Shown here: positions 46,616-56,886 of the stretch, one piece after another
How positions within the stretch are numbered: position 1 is the stretch's first letter
How the letters are laid out: the number at the start of each line of letters is the position of its first letter
Assembly: GCA_937983305.1 (NCBI GenBank)
Contig: CALKAJ010000030.1
Location: 20 to 64,019 of the forward strand
Reading direction: 5' to 3'
Length of the DNA stretch: 64,000 bases
Source of the DNA: an uncultured Ignavibacteriota bacterium
GTDB lineage: Bacteria; Bacteroidota; Ignavibacteria; Tepidaquicellales; Tepidaquicellaceae
Made by a program: the position numbers and the translations under genes
The notes under the pieces: model-generated
Seen by the model: only the letters and a program-made list of their open reading frames with translations
Told to the model about the DNA's origin: nothing
The model's database searches: none

Positions 46616-48022
46616 ATGTCGGCTAAAATTATTTTTGTACTGAATAACAAGTTAACGGAAACTGACTCAAATCCTGCTATTACTTTGGCGGATTTTTTAA
46701 GGTATGAAAAGAAATTACCCGGAACCAAAATTGCATGCAGGGAAGGAGATTGCGGGGCTTGTACTATAATCTCCGGAGAAACTGTAAATAATAATTTAGT
46801 ATATAAAAATCTGGTTTCCTGTATATTACCTCTTAACGCGGCTCATAAAAAGCATATCGTTACTATTGAAGGATTATCCGGTGATAATTTAAATCCCATA
46901 CAGGAAGAATTTCTAAAACAAGGTGCAACACAATGCGGATTTTGTACTCCGGGATTTATTAATTCGCTTACAAGTTTTTTCCTGTCATCGCCTGTAATCA
47001 GTTATGAAATTGCCTTAAAATATGTTGCAGGAAATATCTGCAGGTGTACGGGATATTTTTCCATCAAGCGAGCGATAAAAGAACTGGTAAATAAATATTC
47101 ACCTGAATTAAATAATTTTGATACAAGGATAGATGATTTAATAAGGCTCGGTATCATTCCCGGATATTTTAAAGAAATTAAGGCAAGGCTTATTAATATT
47201 ACGGATACCAAAAGTCAGTTTCCAAAAGATAATGCCGATTACCTTATTTCAGGAGGTACAGATTTATATGTAACCGGATATCCGGCGGTTAAATATGGAA
47301 ACGTTAATTTTATTGAAAGCACGGTTAAAGAGCCCGTTACTGAAACACATGATTCCATACATATTAATGCTTCTTCAACAATTGATGATATTTTGACTTC
47401 TGAAATAATTAAAAAATATTTCCCTGCTATTTCAGAATTGGAAATTCATTTTGGCTCAAAACAAATCAGGAGCAGAGCAACTGCTGCGGGAAATATTATA
47501 AATGCCTCGCCAATTGGTGATTTTACTATATTTTTGCTTTCTCTTGGAGCAGAGGCAGTTTTTAAAAACGATTTCCGAAAAAGAAAAATATTTTTGAAAG
47601 ATTTATTTTTAGGGTACAAGAAACTTGATTATAAAAAAGATGAGATTCTCGAAGAAATAATTTTCAGGAAACCTTCCTCAAAAGCATTTCTTAATTTTGT
47701 AAAAATTTCAAGAAGAGAGCACCTTGATATTGCAAGCGTAAACAGCGGATTTTTTGCGGAAATTGAATCAGGAGTTTTAAAAAGAGTCGGTATTTCTGCC
47801 GGAGGTGTTGCCCCCGTTCCAAAATTCTTAAATGAAGTATCCGCATTTCTGGAGAGAAAAACTATAAGCGGCGAAAATATTGATGTTGCCGTTAGTCTTG
47901 CCGGAAATGAAATAAAACCAATAACGGATGCTCGCGGAAGTGATGTATATAAATCCGGTCTAATGAAAAAAATTCTTAAAAACCATTTTGCTAAGCTAAA
48001 AAAGTTTGTTGAAAAAAATTGA
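46616..48022 (+). CDS. xdhA: xanthine dehydrogenase-family small subunit (two [2Fe-2S] domains + FAD-binding domain)
   Basis: 468 aa. CREGDCGACT and QCGFCTPGF...CRCTGY iron-sulfur motifs, followed by a FAD-binding (CO-dehydrogenase flavoprotein-like) domain. Confidence 0.85.
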   Translation: MSAKIIFVLNNKLTETDSNPAITLADFLRYEKKLPGTKIACREGDCGACTIISGETVNNNLVYKNLVSCILPLNAAHKKHIVTIEGLSGDNLNPIQEEFLKQGATQCGFCTPGFINSLTSFFLSSPVISYEIALKYVAGNICRCTGYFSIKRAIKELVNKYSPELNNFDTRIDDLIRLGIIPGYFKEIKARLINITDTKSQFPKDNADYLISGGTDLYVTGYPAVKYGNVNFIESTVKEPVTETHDSIHINASSTIDDILTSEIIKKYFPAISELEIHFGSKQIRSRATAAGNIINASPIGDFTIFLLSLGAEAVFKNDFRKRKIFLKDLFLGYKKLDYKKDEILEEIIFRKPSSKAFLNFVKISRREHLDIASVNSGFFAEIESGVLKRVGISAGGVAPVPKFLNEVSAFLERKTISGENIDVAVSLAGNEIKPITDARGSDVYKSGLMKKILKNHFAKLKKFVEKN

Positions 48023-50285
48023 TTACATATCGAAAGATTATGACAGGTATCTTCACATAACCGGAAAATCCGAATTTGTTGACGATATGAATATTCCTTC
48101 TGATACTATGTATGCTTCTGTGTTCTATTCATCTGTTGCAAAAGGGAAAATTAAGAATATTGATTTTAAAGGAGCAGATAAATTACATAATGTTTTTATT
48201 TTTACCGCTAAAGATATTCCCGGTGAAAATCAAATTGGCGGTATAATAAAAGATGAGTTATTGTTTGCCGAAGATGAGGTAGATTTTGTCGGGGAACCGA
48301 TAGGTGTTTTAGTTGCGGAAACAAGAGAGAAAGCCGAAGAATATTCAAAGAAAATTGAAGTTGAATATGAACAGTTCGAGCCGATTACAACGGCAAGAGA
48401 AGCTTTCCTGAAAAATAGTTTTATAATGCCGCCAAGAATATTTGAGTCTGGCGATATAGTGAAAGGTTTTAAAAAATGCGAATACATTTTCGAAGATAAA
48501 GTTGAATTTGGCGGACAGGAACATTTGTATCTCGAAACGCAGGGTGCCATAGCATTACCGCTTGAAGGAAATAACTTAAAGATAATTTCATCAACACAGA
48601 ATCCAACGGCAGTCCAAAGAATTACCGCTTCAATACTGGGGATTTCCAATAATAATATTGAAGTAGATGTGCTTAGACTGGGCGGGGCTTTCGGCGGCAA
48701 AGAAGATCAGGCAAATGCCTGGGCGGTAATTGCGGGATTAGCGGCATATAAATTAAAGAAGCCGGTAAAATTAATTCTTGAGCGTTCTGATGATATTAAA
48801 TTAACAGGAAAAAGGCATCCATATTCTATTGACTATAGAATTGGCTTTGCAAAAGACTACAAGATTATTGCATACGAAGTAATATTTTACCAAAATGCAG
48901 GAGCTGCCGCCGATTTATCTCCGGCAGTATTAGACAGAACTCTTTTTCATTGCAACGGAAGTTATTTCATTCCAAATCTGAAAGCAACCGGATTTTCCTG
49001 TAAAACTAATCTGCCTCCAAATACGGCATTCAGAGGGTTTGGAGCTCCACAGGGAATTTTTGCGATCGAATCGGCAATTTTTAAGTCAGCCCGAAAACTT
49101 GGAATCAGTCCTCGGAAAATTCAGGAAATTAATTTATTAACAGAAGGAAAAGTATTCCATTATGGACAGGTTGCAAAAAATTGTACGGTAAAAAATTGTT
49201 ATGATGCAATTGCCCGGAAAATAAATATTCCCAAAAAGGAAAAAGAAATTTCTTTGTTTAATACCGGCAACACAGAATTCAGAAAAGGCTTCTATATTAT
49301 GCCGCTTACTTTTGGCATATCATTCACAAATACTATGATGAATCAGGCGAGCGCCTTGGTTAATATTTATTCCGATGGAAGTGTCAGTATCAGTACCGCT
49401 GCAATAGAAATGGGACAGGGTGTTAATTATAAAATCAGACAAGTTGCCTCCGAAGAGTTGGGAATTGACATTGCAAAAATCAGACTTGAAACTACAAATA
49501 CTTCCCGTATTGCAAACACTTCTCCCACTGCCGCAAGCAGTGGAGCAGACCTGAACGGAAATGCGGCAAGGATTGCGTGCAGAGAAATATTAAACAGAAT
49601 TTCAAAATACTATTCGGATAAGCAAAAAGGAAATAAGAAGCTGAAGGTTGAATTTAAAAAAGAGCAATTATTTATTAACGGAAAAAAACAAGGTCAACAT
49701 TGGAAGTCAGCGGTTACTGAACTGCTGATGAACAGAATTAGTTTGTCCGCTCATTGCAATTATGCTACCCCTGAGATAAAGTTTGATAAAATTAAAAATA
49801 AAGGTAACCCCTTTTCTTATCACACATACGGAGCGGCTTATTTTGAGGTTACCGCAGATATATCACTTGGAACATTTAAGCTTGATAATATTGTAATAGT
49901 TCACGACGGAGGAAAAGTTATTAATAAAGTAATTGATATAGGACAGATAGAAGGAGCTTTGGCTCAGGGAATAGGGATGATGACAATGGAAGAAATAATT
50001 TATGACGAAAAAGGCAGCTTAACCACAAACTCTTTATCGAAATACAAAGTCCCTGATATTTATTTTATGCCCGATGATATCAATATTACTTTTTATCAAA
50101 ACAATGATTTTAAGTCCGGATTGAAAGGCTCTAAAGCTGTTGGCGAACCGCCTTTGATATATGGCATCGGAGCCTATTTCGCGATAATTAATGCAATTGG
50201 TTTTAATAAGGAAATAGATTATACATTTGAATCTCCACTAACAAACGAAAGAATATTCAAATACTTAAACCGGCAAACAAATTAG
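48006..50285 (+). CDS. xdhB: xanthine dehydrogenase-family molybdopterin-binding subunit
   Basis: 759 aa. LGGAFGGKE, NTAFRGFGAPQG and GSKAVGEPPL match the XDH/aldehyde-oxidase Moco subunit motifs. A TTG start is required because the conserved N-terminus (HITGKSEFVDD) precedes the first in-frame ATG. Confidence 0.88.
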   Translation: MLKKIDYISKDYDRYLHITGKSEFVDDMNIPSDTMYASVFYSSVAKGKIKNIDFKGADKLHNVFIFTAKDIPGENQIGGIIKDELLFAEDEVDFVGEPIGVLVAETREKAEEYSKKIEVEYEQFEPITTAREAFLKNSFIMPPRIFESGDIVKGFKKCEYIFEDKVEFGGQEHLYLETQGAIALPLEGNNLKIISSTQNPTAVQRITASILGISNNNIEVDVLRLGGAFGGKEDQANAWAVIAGLAAYKLKKPVKLILERSDDIKLTGKRHPYSIDYRIGFAKDYKIIAYEVIFYQNAGAAADLSPAVLDRTLFHCNGSYFIPNLKATGFSCKTNLPPNTAFRGFGAPQGIFAIESAIFKSARKLGISPRKIQEINLLTEGKVFHYGQVAKNCTVKNCYDAIARKINIPKKEKEISLFNTGNTEFRKGFYIMPLTFGISFTNTMMNQASALVNIYSDGSVSISTAAIEMGQGVNYKIRQVASEELGIDIAKIRLETTNTSRIANTSPTAASSGADLNGNAARIACREILNRISKYYSDKQKGNKKLKVEFKKEQLFINGKKQGQHWKSAVTELLMNRISLSAHCNYATPEIKFDKIKNKGNPFSYHTYGAAYFEVTADISLGTFKLDNIVIVHDGGKVINKVIDIGQIEGALAQGIGMMTMEEIIYDEKGSLTTNSLSKYKVPDIYFMPDDINITFYQNNDFKSGLKGSKAVGEPPLIYGIGAYFAIINAIGFNKEIDYTFESPLTNERIFKYLNRQTN

Positions 50286-50288
50286 AGA

Positions 50289-52784
50289 ATGAAAGAGAGA
50301 GAAAAACGATACAGCTATTTTCTGGAGCACAGTTACGAAGGTATTACGTATATAGAGTTTGAAAATAGTATTGATACTTCGCTTCCTGTTAACGAACAGG
50401 TAAGGCTGTTTTATAAGGAGGGATTTATTTCATCGTGTAATCCTTCGTTTATGAAAATGTACGGATACTTATCCCAATCTGATGTGCTTGGGAAAAGACT
50501 TGTAGAACTACACGGAGGAGATAACATTAAGGAAAATGTTGATGCCTTTGGTTCTTTTATTGAAAGCGGTTATAATGTTTTAAATATTGAAACTCTTGAG
50601 GTTGATAAAAACGGGAACAGGTTGTATTTCCTTAATAACTCCGTAGGAGTAATTGATAACAATAAAATACTTGGAATATGGAGTGCACAGATAGATATAA
50701 CCAATAGAAAGAAAGAAGAAATTCTAAGGGAAGCAATATATAAAATTTCTCAGTCGGTTCACAACTCTGAAAATCTTGATGAATTATATGAACAAATTCA
50801 TAAAATCATTGAAACAATTATTCCGTCAAAGAATGTATATATTGCAATTTATGATATTAGAAAGAATTTAATCAGATTTCCATATTACAAAGATGAGTCA
50901 GGCTTTGTAGTTACAGAAAAGGAATTCGGAAAAGGTTTAACGGAATATGTTATTCAAACAGGAAAGCCCCTGCTTGCTACACCGGAAAAGTTTAACGAGC
51001 TTGTTAATGCAGGCAAGGTTGAACTTTTAGGAGAAGACTCCGTTGATTGGCTTGGAGTTCCTTTGAAAAAAGGTAAAAAAACATTTGGAGTACTTGCAGT
51101 TCAGTCGTATGATAAAAAAATCAGATATACTAAAGAAGACAAAGAAATGCTGTCTTTTGTTTCCGAGCAGATAGCTTTTTCCATAGAAAAAAAACAAACT
51201 GAAGATGCGTTAAGAATAAGCGAAAATAAATACAGGAATTTTGTGGAAACAGGCTTAGAAGGTGTATATTACATTGAATATAAAGAACCGATAAATATAA
51301 AAACAGTTATTGAAGAACAGGCAATGCTTATGTATAACACCGGTGTTTTAATTGAATGCAACGATTTTCACGCAAAAATGTACGGATATAAAAAGAAGGA
51401 GGATATGATTGGAAAAGAAATGAAAGAGCAATACGGTTATAATCTGAGCGAAGAAAACAAGAAAGCTTTTATGGAATTTGCAAAATCCGGATATAAAATT
51501 CAAAATCTTGAAACAAGAGAAATTGATAAAAACGGTAACGAAAAATATTTTATTAATAATGTGGTAGGAGTAATCGAAAACGGATATTTAATAGGTAATT
51601 GGGGTACTCAACTGGATATTACCGAAAGAAAAAAGTTTGAAGATGAATTAATTGAGGCAAAAGAAAAAGCGGAGGAAATGAGTAAAATCAAATCTAATTT
51701 CCTCTCAAATATGAGTCACGAGTTAAGAACCCCTCTTCATGGAATTATGGGATTTGCACAACTTTTAAGAGATTCGCTTGACGGTGAAAATGGTGAAATG
51801 GCAAATGTGATTTTCAACAGCGGTAAGCGATTAATGGAAACTCTTAATCTGATTTTGAATTTCTCCAAAGCCGAAGCAGAAAAGATTAAAACCGAAAGAA
51901 AGAATGTCAGAATTGAAAAACTCATCTGTGAGGTTTACAATCTTTTTGAAATCAATGCGAAAGAAAAAGGTCTTCAATTCGAAAAAATAGTTAAACCTAA
52001 AAATATAGTAGCAGAAACAGATGAAAAACTTCTGCGTGATATTTTAAATAATATTGTAAATAATGCAATTAAGTTTACGGATAAAGGTTCGGTTACCGTT
52101 GAAGCTTGCTCAAAAAATAAAGACCTCATTATTAGAGTAACGGATACAGGAATTGGAATATCGAAACACAATAGGAATTTAATTTTCGAAGAGTTCAGGC
52201 AGGAAAGCGAAGGCTTGAGCAGAAGTTTTGAAGGTACCGGACTCGGGCTCACAATTTCAAAAAAATATACAAAGATTCTTGGAGGTGAAATTTCCCTTGA
52301 AAGCGAGTTTGGAAAAGGGACAACTTTTATACTTACTTTTCCAAATTCTGTTCGTAAATTTGAATCTGAAATTACGGATATCCCGGATGAAAAAGAGACT
52401 TTAAAAGCAGAATGTAGAAATCATAAAATAAAAAAGATTTTAGTAGTAGAAAACGATATTATTAGTATTGAACTTCTAAAAGCTATTGTCAGGAAATCTG
52501 CGGAAATAGATTTTGCCATAGACGGCAAAAAAGCACTTGATAAAGTTAAAGAGAGAAACTACGATTTAATACTAATGGATATTAACTTGGGAGAAGGATT
52601 AACAGGACTTGAAGTAACAAAAAAAATCAGGAAATTAAAAGATTACAAAGAAACCCCAATAGTTGCAATTACTGCCTTTGCAATGGATGGTGATAGAGAA
52701 GAGTTTTTAAGTGCAGGCTGTACACATTATTTGTCAAAACCATTTAGGAAATCCGAATTTATTGAACTGTATAATGAGTTATGA
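50289..52784 (+). CDS. hybrid sensor histidine kinase (PAS - GAF - PAS - HisKA - HATPase - receiver), cytoplasmic
   Basis: 831 aa with no TM segment. Two similar PAS-like units end in IDITNRKK and LDITERKK. H-box SHELRTPLH, then NNAIKFT, DTGIGI and GTGLGL. C-terminal receiver (ILVVEND...LILMDINL...SKPF). Confidence 0.9.
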   Translation: MKEREKRYSYFLEHSYEGITYIEFENSIDTSLPVNEQVRLFYKEGFISSCNPSFMKMYGYLSQSDVLGKRLVELHGGDNIKENVDAFGSFIESGYNVLNIETLEVDKNGNRLYFLNNSVGVIDNNKILGIWSAQIDITNRKKEEILREAIYKISQSVHNSENLDELYEQIHKIIETIIPSKNVYIAIYDIRKNLIRFPYYKDESGFVVTEKEFGKGLTEYVIQTGKPLLATPEKFNELVNAGKVELLGEDSVDWLGVPLKKGKKTFGVLAVQSYDKKIRYTKEDKEMLSFVSEQIAFSIEKKQTEDALRISENKYRNFVETGLEGVYYIEYKEPINIKTVIEEQAMLMYNTGVLIECNDFHAKMYGYKKKEDMIGKEMKEQYGYNLSEENKKAFMEFAKSGYKIQNLETREIDKNGNEKYFINNVVGVIENGYLIGNWGTQLDITERKKFEDELIEAKEKAEEMSKIKSNFLSNMSHELRTPLHGIMGFAQLLRDSLDGENGEMANVIFNSGKRLMETLNLILNFSKAEAEKIKTERKNVRIEKLICEVYNLFEINAKEKGLQFEKIVKPKNIVAETDEKLLRDILNNIVNNAIKFTDKGSVTVEACSKNKDLIIRVTDTGIGISKHNRNLIFEEFRQESEGLSRSFEGTGLGLTISKKYTKILGGEISLESEFGKGTTFILTFPNSVRKFESEITDIPDEKETLKAECRNHKIKKILVVENDIISIELLKAIVRKSAEIDFAIDGKKALDKVKERNYDLILMDINLGEGLTGLEVTKKIRKLKDYKETPIVAITAFAMDGDREEFLSAGCTHYLSKPFRKSEFIELYNEL

Positions 52785-53548
52785 TTTATAAAAAAATCAA
52801 TACATTGTTAAACGAAAACAAAGTATTCTGGCTTGCAACAGTGACAAAAGCCGAAGGACACACACCGGCAAAAGCAGGAATGAAAATGATTGTCGAGCCC
52901 GGAAAAAAGTTTACCGGAACTATTGGCGGTGGGGAGATAGAGAAAAAAGTAATAGATTATATTCTCGAAAACAAACCATCTTTACCGATAAGCCTTGATT
53001 TTGACTTGGGAGCGAAATCAGACTCCGATATTAAAACAGAAATGATTTGCGGAGGAATTCAAACTGTTTTTATTGAACCGAATAATTCTAAAACAGAATT
53101 GTATATTATTGGCGGGGGGCATTGCGGCAAAGCATTGTCGGAATTAGCAGCTAAGGTTGGATTCAAAGTTATCGTAATAGATAACAGAGAAGAAATTTTA
53201 AGTCATTATGACAAAGAAATTATAAGAACGGAATTAATCAATTATGAAAATATTGATAAAGCAATTTCTTTTTCTGAGGATGTGTTCATCGTGATTATGA
53301 CTCACGGACACATTCACGATGAACTTGTGCTTGAAAAACTAATCGAAAAAAAATATAAGTATCTCGGAATGCTTGGCAGCAGTAAAAAAGTGGCATCTGT
53401 TTTTCGAAATCTCAAAAGCAGAGGAATAAAAGAAGAATACATAGAAAAAGTCTATTCGCCAATAGGTATTGAAATTGGCTCGCACACACCTGATGAAATA
53501 GCCATAAGCATTATGGCTCAGATAATACGAATTACTAATAAAACATAA
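52781..53548 (+). CDS. xdhC: XdhC/CoxI-family Moco-insertion accessory protein
   Basis: 255 aa. WLATVTKAEGHTPAKAGMKM and LYIIGGGHCGKAL (Rossmann). ATGA overlap with the stop of the upstream kinase. Confidence 0.85.
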   Translation: MIYKKINTLLNENKVFWLATVTKAEGHTPAKAGMKMIVEPGKKFTGTIGGGEIEKKVIDYILENKPSLPISLDFDLGAKSDSDIKTEMICGGIQTVFIEPNNSKTELYIIGGGHCGKALSELAAKVGFKVIVIDNREEILSHYDKEIIRTELINYENIDKAISFSEDVFIVIMTHGHIHDELVLEKLIEKKYKYLGMLGSSKKVASVFRNLKSRGIKEEYIEKVYSPIGIEIGSHTPDEIAISIMAQIIRITNKT

Positions 53549-53554
53549 AATCGC

Positions 53555-54325
53555 TTAAAAAACCAGCGATGTTAAAGCACTGTATATTATAAAAATCGCG
53601 AATAAAATAATCATAACGGGCATGGTTTTTACTTTTCCGACTTTAGCAATTCCAATCGAAATAACAACATAAAACCAAATGTAAAAAGCATCGAGCTTCG
53701 TCAGAAATGTATTTATTTTGGCTCCTGTCATTTCTTCTTTAAAAATCAATGCCGGACTTACACCGGATAAATCACCCATAATAACAGATAAAACAGTCCC
53801 GATTATTACACCAATTGCAATAATCACGTTCCCAAGTCCAATTACATTTAAAATGCTGACAAAGTTAAAATCTCCTTTCAATATCTTTACTATCACTAAA
53901 GCAATTAAACTTAAAAGGAAAAGAAGTATAAACGGACTAAAAACCGCCATTATATATCCTATAATCTTAAAGAACAAACCTTTCGGATCCATAAATTTTT
54001 CCGCAGATTCGATTGCAACATTTGCATCTTCTCTGGTCATATCTCCTTTTTGTACTTTTTCATCCATTTGCTCTCTGAGCTGCTTTTTTTGTTTGTCCAT
54101 TACTTTGGAAGTCAGCTCTTCATCCTGAAAGAAAAGGAAAGTTCCAATTATGTTTGCAACGATAATTAATATCATCGGGAAAATCCAGTAATTGGTTCTA
54201 CTGAATCTGCTGATATTTTCGAAAGTATTACCCGGGTCTGTAATTACTCCGGTAACCGCTTCAATTTTGGAAAGTTGTTCCATTTCTGTCTGCGGCTCTG
54301 AATTTGTATTATAAGAATCCTGCAT
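53555..54325 (-). CDS. Yip1-family membrane protein
   Basis: 256 aa. Cytoplasmic N-terminus followed by five hydrophobic helices. General Yip1/DUF1282-like organisation. Confidence 0.6.
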   Translation of the reverse strand: MQDSYNTNSEPQTEMEQLSKIEAVTGVITDPGNTFENISRFSRTNYWIFPMILIIVANIIGTFLFFQDEELTSKVMDKQKKQLREQMDEKVQKGDMTREDANVAIESAEKFMDPKGLFFKIIGYIMAVFSPFILLFLLSLIALVIVKILKGDFNFVSILNVIGLGNVIIAIGVIIGTVLSVIMGDLSGVSPALIFKEEMTGAKINTFLTKLDAFYIWFYVVISIGIAKVGKVKTMPVMIILFAIFIIYSALTSLVF

Positions 54326-54329
54326 AAAA

Positions 54330-54926
54330 TTATTTATTTAGTTTATATAAATTGTTTTTTAAAATATACTCTTCCACTTCAGGAAGAATTTGATATTTAA
54401 CAGACTTTTTTTGATATATTAAATCTCTTATCTGCGATGAAGATATATCAAGTGAAGGAACAGGTACATAAGTAACACGTTTTGCAAATTCATTTGTGAC
54501 CTTATCAATATAATAACCCGGACGGTTTATTACAATTACCTCGCAGATACCAAAGATTTTTCCCGGAGTTTTCCACAAGTGCAAATCAATCAGGTTATCC
54601 ATTCCGATGATTAAAAAAAATTTTATAAAATCGTCTTTGTATTTTTCCCGGAGTTTCAGAAGTGTATCAACAGTGTATGTTTTTTCTCCGTCATTGAACA
54701 GTTCAATATCGGAAACCTCAAAATTCTTGTCTCTCTCAAAAGCTATTTTTGCCATATTAAGTCTGTGCTCTGCGGATACATTCACATCTTCCTTAAGCGG
54801 AGGATTTCCTGAAGGAATAAATATTACTTTATCAAGAGACATTTGTTCTCTTACGCTTTCTGCGTGTATCAGGTGTGCAATATGCGGAGGGTTGAAAGTA
54901 CCTCCAAAAATTCCATATCTTTTCAT
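54330..54926 (-). CDS. nadD: nicotinate-nucleotide adenylyltransferase
   Basis: 198 aa. GIFGGTFNPPHIAHL (the (H/T)xxH motif) and ISSSQIR. Confidence 0.93.
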   Translation of the reverse strand: MKRYGIFGGTFNPPHIAHLIHAESVREQMSLDKVIFIPSGNPPLKEDVNVSAEHRLNMAKIAFERDKNFEVSDIELFNDGEKTYTVDTLLKLREKYKDDFIKFFLIIGMDNLIDLHLWKTPGKIFGICEVIVINRPGYYIDKVTNEFAKRVTYVPVPSLDISSSQIRDLIYQKKSVKYQILPEVEEYILKNNLYKLNK

Positions 54927-56017
54927 CAGGTTAAATTTATTTTTTCCAGAATTTCATTCAGACTTAAAAAGACTTCCTCAACGGAAATTTCCTTTATACA
55001 TTCGTGAGTTCCCGTGTTACATAGAAATTCATTTCCTTTATAATAAGTTTTATTGTTTCTGTCTATTGATGTTTGTGGAGTGTAGCAAGGACTGCACTCC
55101 GGTTGTTTCCAGATGTATTTATGAAATATACCGTTGTTATAATTTAATGGTGCTACCAATCTTGGATCTGACGGACCGAAAAGCCCTATCGTATGAATTC
55201 CAAACGCAGCAGCTAAATGAAGCGCACCTGTATCTGCCGATAGGAAAACATTACAGGAATACATCAGGTCATTATTTATTATGGAATGAATTTTAACATT
55301 TCCCGGAAATTTCATAGCACTGTCGAACTTTTCATCTTCGTGGGTTCCTTCAAATAGTATAATATTATATTCAGGGTGTTCTTGCGTTAACTTTTCAATA
55401 ATTTTAAAATAATTATTTAAATCCCACCTTTTAATTTTCATTACGGTACCGGGATTTATTCCGCCGAATGGGAAAATGCCTATTGTAACGGAATCTTTTG
55501 GAATATCATTTTTCTCTTTGACAGATTCAATATTCCTGATTCTTGTTAATTTTGGCTCAGTATCCGTAACTTCCATTCCGTTTTCAGTTAGTATGTTTAA
55601 ATATCTCAGTGTTTCATGAACAGTATCGTCGTATTCCGAAAAATAATTAATAAAGGAGGTATTTTTAAAACCGAGTCTGTATCGGATACCTGAAAGCATA
55701 AGCATAGTTCCAAAAGAGGAGTCTCTGTGACAGGAAAGAGCAAGGTCGAAGTTTTCTTTCTTAATTAAACGGATGAGTTTGTATGCAGATGAAATTTTAT
55801 TAATAATACCGCCTTTAAATGGAGGATCAAAAACCAGAAAGTTATTTACATCCGGGATGTATTTATAAATATTCTTAACCCATGATGAAGAAATTAATGT
55901 AATCTTTGCATCCGGGAAATTTCTTTTTAGATTTGAAATTGCCGGAAGAATAAAAACCATATCTCCTAGACAGCATAATTTAAGAATCAGTATTTTATTA
56001 ACGTTATTAAAAATCAT
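54926..56017 (-). CDS. glycosyltransferase family 9 (heptosyltransferase-like)
   Basis: 363 aa. ILILKLCCLGDMV and SADTGALHLAAAFGIHTIGLFGPSDP are typical GT9. Confidence 0.85.
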   Translation of the reverse strand: MIFNNVNKILILKLCCLGDMVFILPAISNLKRNFPDAKITLISSSWVKNIYKYIPDVNNFLVFDPPFKGGIINKISSAYKLIRLIKKENFDLALSCHRDSSFGTMLMLSGIRYRLGFKNTSFINYFSEYDDTVHETLRYLNILTENGMEVTDTEPKLTRIRNIESVKEKNDIPKDSVTIGIFPFGGINPGTVMKIKRWDLNNYFKIIEKLTQEHPEYNIILFEGTHEDEKFDSAMKFPGNVKIHSIINNDLMYSCNVFLSADTGALHLAAAFGIHTIGLFGPSDPRLVAPLNYNNGIFHKYIWKQPECSPCYTPQTSIDRNNKTYYKGNEFLCNTGTHECIKEISVEEVFLSLNEILEKINLT

Positions 56018-56886
56018 TTCTTTAAACCTGCTGCAAGTAATATTATTTTAAAAAAAACCGGTTTGAAAGTTGTTAAATATTTAATCGAAAATTTCGCAAA
56101 CATATATAGTCTTAGCTTTAGAAGCTCTATATTGGAAAGATGAATTTTGTAATATAAAAGTTGGGATTGCTTTGCAACATAATATGTTGAATTTGTAAAA
56201 TTGCTGTTTGTGTTCTCTCCTTTTAAATGCTTGATTTTTATGAAAGGGTAATAATAATTCTTATTGCCCGAAAGCGCTATTCTTTTGCATAAGTCGGAAT
56301 CTTCATAGTATAAAAAAAATCTTTCGTCGAAACCATTTACTTTATCAAAAACAACCCTTGAAATCATCATAGCGGCTCCGCTAACCCAGTTTACCGGTGT
56401 TATCTCGGAATATTTAATTTCAATATCTTCGATTGCTCTATGTGATTTATTACGAAATTCCTTTTCGAGGTGTTTATTTTTAATTTCTCCTTTTATATTA
56501 ATATCTTCTCCGAATGAAAGCTGAAGTGATGAATCCGGGTTAAGTAATTTAAAGCCAAAGCTTCCTGCGTTTAACTGCTCATAAGATTTTATTGCATTTT
56601 CAAAGTCATCATTTTGAATCGTTGTATCCGGATTAAGAAAAAACAGGTAATTCCCCGATGAATTAAATGCACCAATGTTGCAGGCATTAGCAAAACCGCG
56701 ATTGCTGTTTTCAATTATTTTCAGATTATTCCTGTTGACGGATACTGAGGATATATCTTCTTCCGGTGAGTTGTTAACAATAATAACCTCAAAATCGCAG
56801 GATGATAAAACCGCGTATATTGATTCAATACAACTTTTCAGATACTCAATACTGTGATAATTTATTATTATTATTGATAATGTCAT
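56014..56886 (-). CDS. glycosyltransferase family 2
   Basis: I prefer the ATG at 56886 (MTLSIIIINYHS), which forms an ATGA overlap with the upstream stop, over the track start at 56925. VIIVNNSPEED and FLNPD motifs. Confidence 0.85.
   Translation of the reverse strand: MTLSIIIINYHSIEYLKSCIESIYAVLSSCDFEVIIVNNSPEEDISSVSVNRNNLKIIENSNRGFANACNIGAFNSSGNYLFFLNPDTTIQNDDFENAIKSYEQLNAGSFGFKLLNPDSSLQLSFGEDINIKGEIKNKHLEKEFRNKSHRAIEDIEIKYSEITPVNWVSGAAMMISRVVFDKVNGFDERFFLYYEDSDLCKRIALSGNKNYYYPFIKIKHLKGENTNSNFTNSTYYVAKQSQLLYYKIHLSNIELLKLRLYMFAKFSIKYLTTFKPVFFKIILLAAGLKK

Noticed and set aside
46616-50285. Alternative reading of the Moco enzyme as an aerobic CO dehydrogenase or a generic aldehyde oxidoreductase
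   Set aside because: The small subunit fuses Fe-S and FAD domains as in bacterial XdhA. The large subunit has the GGxFGGKE, FRGFGxPQ and KAVGEPP motifs, and I saw no CODH-type active-site loop. Substrate specificity still needs phylogeny or biochemistry.
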